A stretch of DNA of 45,700 nucleotides, filler included, from Jimgerdemannia flammicorona (Eukaryota), in the NCBI GenBank assembly GCA_003990765.1. It is 2 parts of 2 records of this genome, joined end to end, with 100 filler letters (N's around TTAATTAATTAA, not from the genome) between each part and the next. Parts side by side here need not be neighbours in the genome. Positions count along the whole stretch, not along the records: positions 22,912 to 45,700 come from RBNJ01001203.1; 1 more part is not named here. One strand, 5' to 3'. The notes beneath the pieces were generated by a model that saw only the letters and a list, made by a program, of their open reading frames with translations, was not told the DNA's origin and made no database searches. Shown here piece by piece: positions 35,667 to 45,700 of the stretch (position 1 is its first letter; each line of letters begins with the position of its first letter). The translations under genes and the position numbers were made by a program.

Positions 35667-37884
35667 GAATGAATGAATCAGACCATCAAGAAAGAACTTG
35701 TCCAAATTAATTCTACCAACCGAAACCTCTGCTTATCTGAGATCCTATGGCAAATTTGAAATGACCCTACTATCTCTATCAAACAAAAGTCATTTGAGAT
35801 AATGTTTGCTAAGAAACCAGAACTACAGACTATGAGAACCTTAGAGATCTCTTCAAGAAGACAGAATAATTTTGTAATCAAGCTCAAGTTCAGATAATCA
35901 AGACCTAAAAAAGATAAAAGAGGTACTATAATTAGAAGTAGAAGGGTCAGTAGATCAAGAGTGAAGATCAAGTATTAGTTTAGAGAAACATAATTGAAAC
36001 AAACTTTACTATTATACTAGAGCTCAAATGATAAGGACCTTACCTTGTAAATAATATCAGAAGAACCAGTATCCATTTAAGAAGTATAGATAGATGTACT
36101 TTGAAGATATCAGTATATATTAATCATCTCAAGATATATCTTCCACAACACTATGAATTAGAGGATTGACCAGTACCTGTAGACTCTCATTCTCAGTTCC
36201 TTACAATTCTTGTCTATTTTTATGCCCACATTCTACCAACTCTAAGGAACTCTAAATAGGCAAATTTAAGTGCATTCTGAAAACCTAGCCATAGTTCAGA
36301 GATTGCTACAAATCTATCAGTTATGTATAAGCCTACTACTTTATCAAACAAGCCCTTTAAGATCCCATATATGTAAGAAGGTCTTTATGTTTAAACTTCT
36401 GAAATGATATAGCTATCAGAAGGATCTATACACTCTATAGAAATAATGAGAAATACTTGCCTAAGTACAGTTTCATCTCAATGATGTCTAAAAGATAAAT
36501 AAAGCTATCTTTAAAATATACTACAATAAGTAGAGTTTCTATTCTCAGAGCTGGAACAATAAGACTCAGATCTTAAATAGAGTGACCCTGACTCTAATAT
36601 AGATGAGAGTATAGACATTGATACAAAAGATGCCTATGCCTACTGAAATAAAGATTAAAGAATAGTCTGAGAACAGACCATTCTTTAGTGGAGACTAATT
36701 TTATGAGTGACATAAGTATAATAGAATAATGTAATATCTATATATCATCATTATCCTCATAGTTACATCTAGTTACTATAGAAACTACATAAATAGTGCC
36801 AGATATCTAGATCAAGACAAATGAATCTTGAAGGTACTGTACTCTGAAGGTACTATACTTTTAGAGTACAAAGAAAGTCACACACTATATGTAATTATGC
36901 TGTACAGTATTCAGATAGCAACTAGATGTAACCAACTTATATAAAATACACCAGAGATAAGAGTGAATAAACGTTAGTCCAAAAAGTTCAAAAGCAGAAG
37001 ACAAGTCTACTTACTATACTTCAAGAAGAACACTAAAGCCACTATTAGGAGATTGTGAGCTTACTTTCTACTTTAGTCTACTTTCTGATATAAAGCTTGA
37101 ATATTTGATACCAAAGTTCAAGTGAAGAACTTTACCACTATTTGAGTAAATCTACTACTTAAGAAAGATTTATCATTTTCAAGAAGTTTGTTTCTTATTA
37201 CAAAGTCAGTCTATCTGATACAACTTTACAGTAAAGCTAGTCCTTAATACAACTCTATACAAACAAAGCCAGTCCTTTGATATAACTTCACAATAGAGTC
37301 AGTTTACCAATATAATCTCATGCAAATGAAGTCAGTCCTTAATGCAACTTTGCAAAGAATCTATACTAACTATATTATCTGAGTTATTATTCAAAACAAA
37401 TATCAATTTAAAGAGAATTCATATCAATTATCATTTTTAAGTAATCTACTAATTCTGAAGGAATTTATGTCATCTGAGTTACTGAGTTATCTACCAACTC
37501 ACCTCTTAAGAAAAATCACCAAATTATTATCTCAAAGGAATTCACTCATACTATATAAGAGATCATTAAACAGAAATCACACACTTTTGAAAGATCACCA
37601 CTACTTAAGAAGGAAACTACTAAATTACTAGAATAGTATACTATATAGAGATTATTTACTATTATACAAAATTATGCTATACTTCAGAACTATTATAATA
37701 AGGAAATTAATTCACAAATTGATCACTATATCCAGATTTAACTATTATACTACTAAATATCAATAATGATATAAGAAATCTTAGAATATTTTATTACTTT
37801 TTAACAAAGTAACTAGGGGCTTAAGCTAAACTACATAAATCTCCCAATCTTGTAATTTGTCTCTATTGAGCTGAGCACATTACA
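35667..37884 (+). mobile_element. Gypsy G3 3' part: integrase C-terminus and 3' LTR (36730-37884)
   Basis: E*MNQTIK..SFEIMFAK and NHLKIY integrase motifs. The LTR (TGTAAT..ATTACA) is homologous to the solo LTR. Confidence 0.75.
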
Positions 37885-38009
37885 ATATATCTTTTCTATC
37901 TATATACAGCTTTTTCTGATCTAATTTATATTATATAAAAAACTTACAATAATTTTTATATTATTTTCTAGAGAAAAGTATTAATAATATATTGATATAT
38001 AGAAGTTTT

Positions 38010-38785
38010 AATAGATATACTAGGTTGGAAGAATCTGGAGAATTTGACTGACAGTATATCAGAAGAGATTATAGTATGAGAATGGGCTTCTTCAGTAATA
38101 TTGGTAGATAGAGGGGAGCTGAAGAAAGTCCTCAGCCCAGTGTAGGCAGTAAGAGATCTGAGTCAATGAGTTTTACTAATAAGGTAAAGATGAGTGACTG
38201 ATCTGAAGATACTAGAGATGAATTGCAAAAGAAGAAGAAAAGGTTAAATATAAAGAGTACTAGAGAGATACTGTCGGATAGAGCAGATATAGGAGCTGAG
38301 AGAGCTATTACTAGAGCTAAGAAGTGACTACTGATAGTAGTATAATAATGGATTTGAAAAAAAATTCAGATATAATAACTGATAGTAGGCTGAGTAGATA
38401 TAGTATATAAGAATGAGTGACCTGCTGGCTAATAGTATGAAGGGGTTGACAGTGGCCCCATTGCTCAGAAGTTAATTTTAGAATTTGTCATCACTTTATA
38501 TTTCTAAGAGCTAGTATTAACTTCTAAGATAGGTTTGGATTTGATCATAAATCTACTGACTGAAGCTATCTTAGTGAAGTTCTGTATAGATCTAAGAAAG
38601 TGGTAGTAGAGTTGGGGAAGAGAGATTATTGATAGAGGCTATAAAGACTAACTATTAATTAGTAATATTATTATACTGATAACTTAGTATCTAAGATGAG
38701 ATCTAAGGTTTGTGTAGCTCTTAGTAAAAGAGATACCTATAGTAATAACTATCAATATAAGAAAGGGAATTGAGGAGGTTATAAA
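38010..38785 (+). mobile_element. LINE 5'/ORF1 fragment (LINE C)
   Basis: Collinear with the reverse complement of ~16195-16950, e.g. AGAAGTT(A/G)ATTTTAGA(A/G)TTTGT and GAAAAAAAAT..GATATAATA. Confidence 0.7.
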
Positions 38786-39771
38786 TAGTGCTCTACAAAT
38801 CCAACCCGATTAACCTGAAACCTGACCTGTAAAACAGCCAACCCAGAATTGGATGTCACCCATCTTTAACCTAACCCAGAATTATATATCACCCATCTTT
38901 AACCTGACCCAGAATTATACATCACCCATCTTTAACCTGACTCAGAATTATATGTCACCCATCTTTAACCCAATCCAGAATTAAACATAACCTATCTTTA
39001 ACCTGATCTGAAAATGTATATCACTTGATCTGTTATTTACCCTTAACTCAAACCTGAATCTGACCCCTGAACCCAACCCTGAACCTAACTCCTGAACCTG
39101 ACCCTAAACCTGACCCTCTGAACTCTGCTCTGAAAAAATAATTTAGAAAATATTTGGATAATATTCAGAGCAATTAGAAGTGAAAAATATGTGAAGACCA
39201 CCAAGAATATAAACACATGAATGCACAAATTGTATTTACACACAAGCTGTTTTGATGTTCAGTCACAAGCTCACTAGCAATAGAAAAAATATATTCAGAT
39301 AGAACAGATGTTGCTGAAATAGCAAGATAATTGTAAGCCATTTATGAAAGATTAGGATATACCAACTGATTTTGCTGCCACCAATCCAGTATATCTATAT
39401 AAGGATCAGCTGGATTCTCTGAAAATAACAGAAATAGAGAAATATGAGTGAAAGTTAACTAAGCCAACCAAAAAACATAAAAACAACACTCACTATTCAA
39501 GCTCATCATCCACATTGATGTGCTGTTTCTTCTCATATATTGAGTTGATAAAATCATTGGCATTATGAGATATTGAGGGTATAATGATAGTATTAACAGG
39601 CTTATACTCCTTTTTCCAGATATATTCCATCTGATTCTTCTATTCATCAATTAAGGATTTTTTCCATTGCTTACAATGGAAATAATATATATTGATACAT
39701 GGATCTAAGACCAAAGCTATATTATATAATGGTGTCATCTTGCAGTAATACTTTAGAAGTTTCATATATAT
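38786..39771 (-). mobile_element. hAT DNA transposon, 3' end (transposase C-terminus, subterminal repeats, terminus)
   Basis: ALVLDP, and dimerization domain DILDWWQQNQLVYPNLS*MAYNYLAISATSVLSE.IFS at ~39270-39400. Terminus TAGTGCTC at 38786; ACCYGA-rich subterminal region. Confidence 0.88.
38841..39005. repeat. Five 33-bp hAT subterminal tandem repeats
   Basis: Unit ACCCAGAATTATAYRTCACCCATCTTTAACCTG. Confidence 0.9.
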
Positions 39772-41741
39772 TGTGACATATGTAATTGACAATAGAGTAT
39801 AGTGACTGCTAAGATCAGACAACATAATGGCATGACAATTGAATAGACAGCCTGACCCATTAGGTGATCACCCCAAAAGGAGCAATGATAATCCAAGCCA
39901 AAAGGAAGACTACATTATGTAAAGAACCATACTCCATCTCAGGAATCAGCACTAAAGAACAAGTACTCACCACACAATGCCTCCTATCTGCCACCCCAAC
40001 CAGACCTCCCGCCGCTCTTCCCCCTTGCCTGGCCCAAAGACTCTAATCCTTGAAGCTATCAAGAAGGCTATTTGGCGCCCAGACACCTCTGAACATCTGA
40101 ACTTCTACACTGAGGATCTTGGACACTTCATCAATTACCAGTACATAATGACCCAACAGCTCAAAGATACCACTGAACAAATGACCCTCTGGCATGATTA
40201 CGAAATTGGACACTGCCTTCATAATGAAACCCAAGAAGGTGACCAGGAAGACCTCATTGCCAAAATGTTAACCACCAGCCAGCTAATCAAGAGAGCCCTC
40301 CATGTCCACCAAATCTTCTGCCATATTCCCTGGGCTATAGCACACTTACAAGGAGTAACTGCTGGAAGTCTTGCCCGTCTCTCAACTGAAGATGCAGACT
40401 GGATAGAATCAGAAGTAGCCAACTCTATTGGTAGTAACTGGGTCGCTGTAGGAAGCCAACAAACCAAGCCCACTCAACCAGGCTTTCACACTACTCTACT
40501 CTGAGACAACCATCAAGGACACCTAATGAGTCTTATGGAAATCTTTGAAGGACCACCTATTACCATTACAACACCTGTTGGAGCAACCCCAACTACTCAC
40601 CACCCTGTCAGCTACAATTTACACCTCATCATTTGGGAACCAAATCAAGAAGTCCCAGGAGTCCCTACCAATACAGAAACTGAAGGACCTGAGGAAGAAG
40701 AAGAGGAGGAACAAAGAATCTACCAATTCTCTGTCCGCCTTCAAGCAGTCCAAGGGTTGGAGGATGTCATCGAGGATGATTGGCCACAATTCTACCCCCT
40801 CACCTCCTGGCCGGCGCTCCCACCCTTTGAAGAACGGGATGAAGAAGTCACAACCCAGCAAGATGATTGGATCACTGATAAAGGGTACTTTGCCATTCAG
40901 TGATCCCACATCTGTTTCCTCAGTCCGGTCAGCCAACGTTTGTCAGCAAGTCAGCAACACCCATTTTCAGTGATACCACCCACAACATCCATATCCAGCA
41001 CTAGTACTCATCTTATCCCAATTTGGTGCAAACAATTGTCACACCCATTTTCAGTAATTAAACCACCACAACATAGTATACCTTAGCCCCCCCCATAGCT
41101 AGCAAATTTGTATAAATAACCCTATATTTTAGAGTGAATAAACCTCAGTCAGTTTGTGTTTAAAAGTAAAAAGAATTACAGAGAAACCTCACTGCCTCCA
41201 AGAGACCAGATAAATTCTGAGAACAAGATAACTAGAGCAATGATCGCTTAAGGTTTGAGTTAAAGAATTTTCTCTTGCCACAGAAAATGTTCAAGATTCA
41301 CTGCTAAAGGAAAGCCGCACAAAAAACTGCTGACCCAACTGTCATGCATTCAGAACCAACCACCATTTGAGGTTCAAGACTGTGCATTCAAGACCACTGC
41401 CATTCAGACTGCCATTTAGACCTCCATTTGAGATTCAAGGCCCAGAAACCCAGCCAAGGAACCCAAGGGTACTAGAACAAGACCACCAGTAAACGAATGA
41501 CCACCAGAACCCGCCCTCAAGTTAAGAACGAATGTTCGACTGAACTGTTGACCCGAACGATTCCGTACTGTGCCATGAACCATGTACATTCAAGAACCTC
41601 CACCATATGAATCGGACGAACCGATCACATGACCATCGACCTGCAACCATCGCAAATGCACTCAGTCATATACCACGCGCTCCACCAAGTGGCACATTGA
41701 GCTGTGCTTGAAACAACTAGGGATACAAACTGCATGCCACA
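39772..41741 (+). repeat. G2 5' LTR (~1970 bp; partner LTR not in the window)
   Basis: Imperfect terminal inverted repeat, TATAAATA at 41111-41118, AATAAA at 41137-41142, PBS 3 nt after the terminal CA. Confidence 0.8.
39977..40903 (+). pseudogene. LTR(U3)-encoded protein of G2, 308 codons with one internal TGA at 40502
   Basis: Track ORFs 39977-40504 and 40526-40903 share a frame. Motifs W..YEIG..L, HQIF.H.PW.I, LS....D..E..VA and FxGP.I.I match the G1 LTR ORF. Confidence 0.85.
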
Positions 41742-41744
41742 TTT

Positions 41745-41762
41745 TGGGGGCTCAACTGGGAA
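41745..41762 (+). promoter_or_regulatory. G2 primer binding site, tRNA-Pro-like
   Basis: TGGGGGCTCAACTGGGAA resembles the canonical Pro PBS TGGGGGCTCGTCCGGGAT. Confidence 0.75.
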
Positions 41763-41975
41763 AGTTTTTTAAAGACTTGACCATTTGGCTCAAGAACCCA
41801 GCTATCTACAGTGGAGAACTTAGCAGGACCAAGTCAGCAACCAAACCAGGGTCAGTGACAGCCCCCCTCAGCAGAAAAGAAAGCCCACACCCTTGTCAGA
41901 ACAGTAGCCAGGACCCTATTCAACACCAGTAGCCAGAAAACCGAATCAGAAGAAAGAAGTGACCCAGATTATGGT

Positions 41976-43615
41976 TTGACTTCAAGAGAAAGGAGACGAC
42001 TCAGAGGACAACCAGAACCACCCCTTCAGATCCAAGACTTAGGCCAAGAAGAAGAAGAGGATATCCCTGAGGAGTATCAGACCCTTACCCACAGGAAGAA
42101 CTCAGACAGAAGTGACTACATAACTACTGTTGTTACTCGAGTCACTCCACTAGACCGGGTATACTTTGAAACATCAGAAGGAGAAGAGAACTACCATCCA
42201 TATCAACCAGAGCAAGACGACGATTGGGGATCAGACCATCAAAGGGACGAATTCAACCTATACTATTATCCAGACAGTGACACAAACCCACAACAAGGCA
42301 AACAAGACCTCACTACTTCACAACAGCAAGAGGCAGACGAACTCACTATCAGTTACATCAGTCGACTCTCACCATCAGTTGCTCGAACTTCAGTACCCTG
42401 GTCACTCACACCTCGCCACTATCACCAGTCAATCAGAAGATCTCCACCACTACCCAGGACTTCAACCCCAGTATTAATCAGAAGAGCCAGATTACTCTCA
42501 CCCTCACCAAGACACCGCCCTCTGCCAGCACCACTAGTTCATCAAGTACTAGCACCACCACCTTCCCCATCACCCTGAAGATCTGCCAGATCTCCCACCC
42601 CTGAACAATACTCAGATAGTGAAGATGAGCCAGACATGAGCTACCTTCAGAAGTTCCAGGGTGCAGACAATGAAGACATCGAGGAATTCTTTGGAGAAAT
42701 TGAAGTTCAAGCAGCTGCCAAACAATGGGATGCTGCAAGAAAACTCAGAATTGTGGAGTCACTCCTGAGAGGACCAGCCCTACAGAGATATAATCAAGCC
42801 AAGCCAGCCAGAGGAGAAATCCATGCAGAGGAACTGAATGATGGCCTTCAACCTGATAGAAACCATGTAGCAAGGTACATGATTTACAAAGCCTGGCTCT
42901 GTGCTCAGTTCAATGGATTTGAGTGCCAACAAGAAGCACAGGAGGCTTTGACCTATATGAGCCAAGCTGCCAATAAAACTCCCAAGAGTTTCTACCATCG
43001 GATTCAAGCTCAAATGATCAAGACGAACCTTCAACCAGCAGTCCAACTGGCTCTAGCCTCAACTACCTTCCTCAATGGCTTATACCCAGAACTCCGAAGG
43101 CATGTTATCAGAATGGGATATCAAAACATTGAACAGCAAGTTGCTGGAGCACAAGGATGTTGGGAAGCAGATTATAGACCAGTACAACAAGTACAAGGCT
43201 ATCATGAGACTATCCAAGCTGAAACCCCCAAGGACCCAAGGAACAACCATAGAGCAAGAGAATGCCTTCCTCAGAGCCCAGATAGCCAACTATGAGAACA
43301 GACCAGTACCCACAAATCCGACTCCATTCAGGCAACCACAGCAGCAGCCACCATCAAGAGTTCAAGAAGACCCCATGACAACACTCACCAAGCAAATGAA
43401 GGACCTGGCCATCGCAGTTGCCCAGCTGAAAAACCAAGGTAGAAGACAACAAGACTACCATTGTGATAACAGACCAGACTACCAGCAACAAGACAACAGA
43501 GGTCCTGCCCCCGCACTACCAGCTGCAACTACAGTCTCATCAGTGACTGGTTCCTATGGTCCCACCTGCTTCAACTGCAGAAATTAAGGCCACATCCAGA
43601 GGAATTGTCCAAGGA
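41976..43615 (+). pseudogene. G2 gag with a long Pro/Ser/acidic N-terminal extension
   Basis: 41976-42578 is in frame with 42636-43295 (one TGA between), frameshift near 43250, knuckle TCFNCRN*GHIQRNCP. Confidence 0.85.
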
Positions 43616-44289
43616 ACCAATCCACCCAGTCCAATGACAGAAATGTTAACCTCTTTCAGGTAGATGAAGAGACTCAGGAGATGGAAGAAGAAGCAGTCTG
43701 ACTCCATGGTCAAGAAGATGACATCTACCCATACTTCAAGGCTTTCCATTCAAGGTGACATGGGAAGCTGCCCCCGCAGAGACCAGAGGACAAGGAAGAC
43801 CATGAAGGAACCCCCCACCTCAACTGCCAGTAACAATATCCACAGGCAAGCATCTGCGACATGGCCATTCTTCTTCAGATACTCTACAAGAACAGGAGAA
43901 GCGAGTTAGAAGAGTTACTCCTGAACCAGAAGCCAGACCATCTAGGACAACCCTCAGCTCTACCCTGCCAGATCTTGAAGAAGATGAGCATATGAGCATA
44001 GAATCTTCAGCTGACGAAATGCCCATCAGGAATGAGAGACTACACCCCAAGGGACCAAGACACCAAAGAAGCAGCAAGCCCCATGCAGCAGCCTCACTTT
44101 GGGAACATATCCGCCTACAGAATGCTGGTCTTACAGTTGAGCAAGTCCTCAAGAATGCACCAGAGGTCATGCGAAAATTCCTGAAAGAAGCCAAGGAAGA
44201 TACCAAGAGACTTCCAGTCCAAGAACCACACACTCAAGAACCTAGCACTATCCACACAGCCCATGAGAGCCAGTGACATGAACATCAAT

Positions 44290-44665
44290 CTACAAGACTT
44301 GCCAATGGAAAAGTGCATGGTGAAAATGCCAGAATTCTTGTCAATACTGGAGCAGCAGTATGCATCATCACCCAAAGGATGTTGGAGCAAATTGGATGGG
44401 GAATAGATGAAGGAATCAAAGCAAAGGTTATCATGGCCAACGGATCAGCTTCCACACCCCTTGGACTTGTCAGAGACATCCCCATTCAAGTCAGAAAGGC
44501 CTGCCTCAATGTACCCAAAGCTGTTGTGACCCCCGCAACCTCCTATGACCTGATCCTGGGAACTGACTGGTTAAGCCAAGTTGGAGCCAATATAGATATC
44601 AAGAAACAACTCCTGGTCTTCTCCATTCATGGACAGAAGCACAAGGTGCCCATTGACTCGAAAGG
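44290..44665 (+). pseudogene. G2 aspartic protease
   Basis: ILVNTGA (decayed DTGA) and YDLILGTDWL. Confidence 0.9.
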
Positions 44666-44929
44666 ATTATCCAAAAGGACGAATCAAGCCACAGAAACAG
44701 AATGGCAAGGACATGGCGACACCCCCACTTCTACTGAGGATGAAAGCGAGGCCAATTTCCTACAAGAACTAGGAAGTGATTTCGATGCCCCAAGGGACCA
44801 AGAAAGTGAACAAGAAGACTCTTTCATTGGAGTTATTAGTGTTGAAGGTCTGGAAGAAAGCATTGACAGAGCCATTAATGCAAGAGCAGCACTTGAGTTT
44901 GCAGGACCATCTGCTCAACCACCACCACC

Positions 44930-45700
44930 ACTGGTAGAAAATCGGATCATATGAGCCTTTCGTCAAGACAGATGTGAACATTTCATCAGCTTCCACTCAC
45001 CAAGAGATGATTGCAGCAATTGCCGAATCCTGGATCTCAAGAAGGTTCCAATGCCAGAAATTGATGATAAGGACGAATTGAAGCAAACACCATCCCACAG
45101 TCGAATATAACCTCCAACCCCGAAAACCTTCAAGAAGACCTATAAGGGAGGACAGAAGTTTCTCACCTGCCAAACATTCGAGTCCCTTACCATCAAAGGA
45201 GAAAGCAGCAGCTCTTACACTATCACCTGAGCCCTCCAGATCACACAGCCCACCTATGACAAGTATCGGAAGAGATTCCCTACCAGTAGGGAAGTCAAAC
45301 AGCGAAATGAAGGCTTTATCAAGAAGGGACATTGTGATTGTGGAAAGACCTTTACCTGCCACTGGTGTGAACATCAAGATGTTCACCTCAGTGAAGATAT
45401 TTACAAGAGCCGAGTCAAAAGAAAGGATCTCACCCTGCAAGAACCTTGAATTCGCTGGGCCTGTCGGAAGTGCAAAGAAATCAACCATGAAGGAGATTAC
45501 AAGTTCAAGAGCAAGACCTCTATCTGGGACCTACTATTGGAAGTTCTTGCCATCATTCGCTGGTACTGCCACCCTCATCAAGGAAAAGAAGGTATCAATC
45601 TTGCCTTCATCCTTATGGAAGCTCTGGACCCTCTAGGAAAGACTGGGTTCAATTATACAAGAAACTCAAAGACAGGAGCTTACTGGCCTTTCTTCAAACT
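44930..45700 (+). pseudogene. G2 post-protease Cys/His-rich domains of unknown function, in the pol frame
   Basis: Same frame as the protease, through four stops: RCEH..DCSNC ... HCDCGKTFTCHWC ... WACRKC. Confidence 0.6.

Larger units (their letters stand above)
39772..45700 (+). mobile_element. Ty3/Gypsy G2 (5' LTR, PBS, gag, PR, post-PR domains; continues past the window)
   Basis: Inserted in the hAT transposase. LTR termini TGTGACAT..ATGCCACA, PBS, gag with CCHC knuckle, retropepsin motifs. Confidence 0.9.

Noticed and set aside
38841..39125. 33-bp repeat array and AACCCTG-like runs as CRISPR or telomere
   Set aside because: Units are contiguous with no unique spacers, there are no cas genes, and they lie between the hAT terminus and transposase, as expected for subterminal repeats.
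44997..45636. Track ORFs 44997-45488 (-) and 45256-45636 (+)
   Set aside because: Off-frame or antisense to the protease-contiguous frame, which holds the conserved Cys motifs.

Overview
This window is eukaryotic, probably fungal (inference), repeat-dense DNA made almost entirely of nested, decayed transposable elements; I find no intact host gene. From left to right: (1) a minus-strand L1/Tx1-like LINE (1..~16960) with a 2.45-kb internal tandem duplication, interrupted by a complete 8.8-kb Ty3/Gypsy element (family G1, 1394..10173, 1.5-kb LTRs, ACAG target-site duplication, dUTPase between protease and RT); (2) a second G1 copy on the plus strand (17726..22811), cut by an artificial N/TTAATTAATTAA contig linker; (3) a second LINE with a poly(A) tail, then a Copia fragment; (4) a chromodomain Gypsy split by a solo LTR (TSD ATAC) and a complete Copia (TSD GATTA); (5) the 3' end of another Gypsy (G3), a LINE 5' fragment and a hAT transposon end; (6) a less decayed Gypsy (family G2, 39772 to window end). 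The main unexplained signal is that G1 and G2, whose LTR DNA is not alignable by eye, both carry a homologous 260-310 aa ORF inside the U3 part of unusually long LTRs. They also share a CxH..CxxC module after the protease, followed by different cargo: dUTPase in G1 and an unknown Cys-rich domain in G2. CpG is almost absent across the window except in a ~0.95-kb island inside the solo LTR and, partly, in G2.
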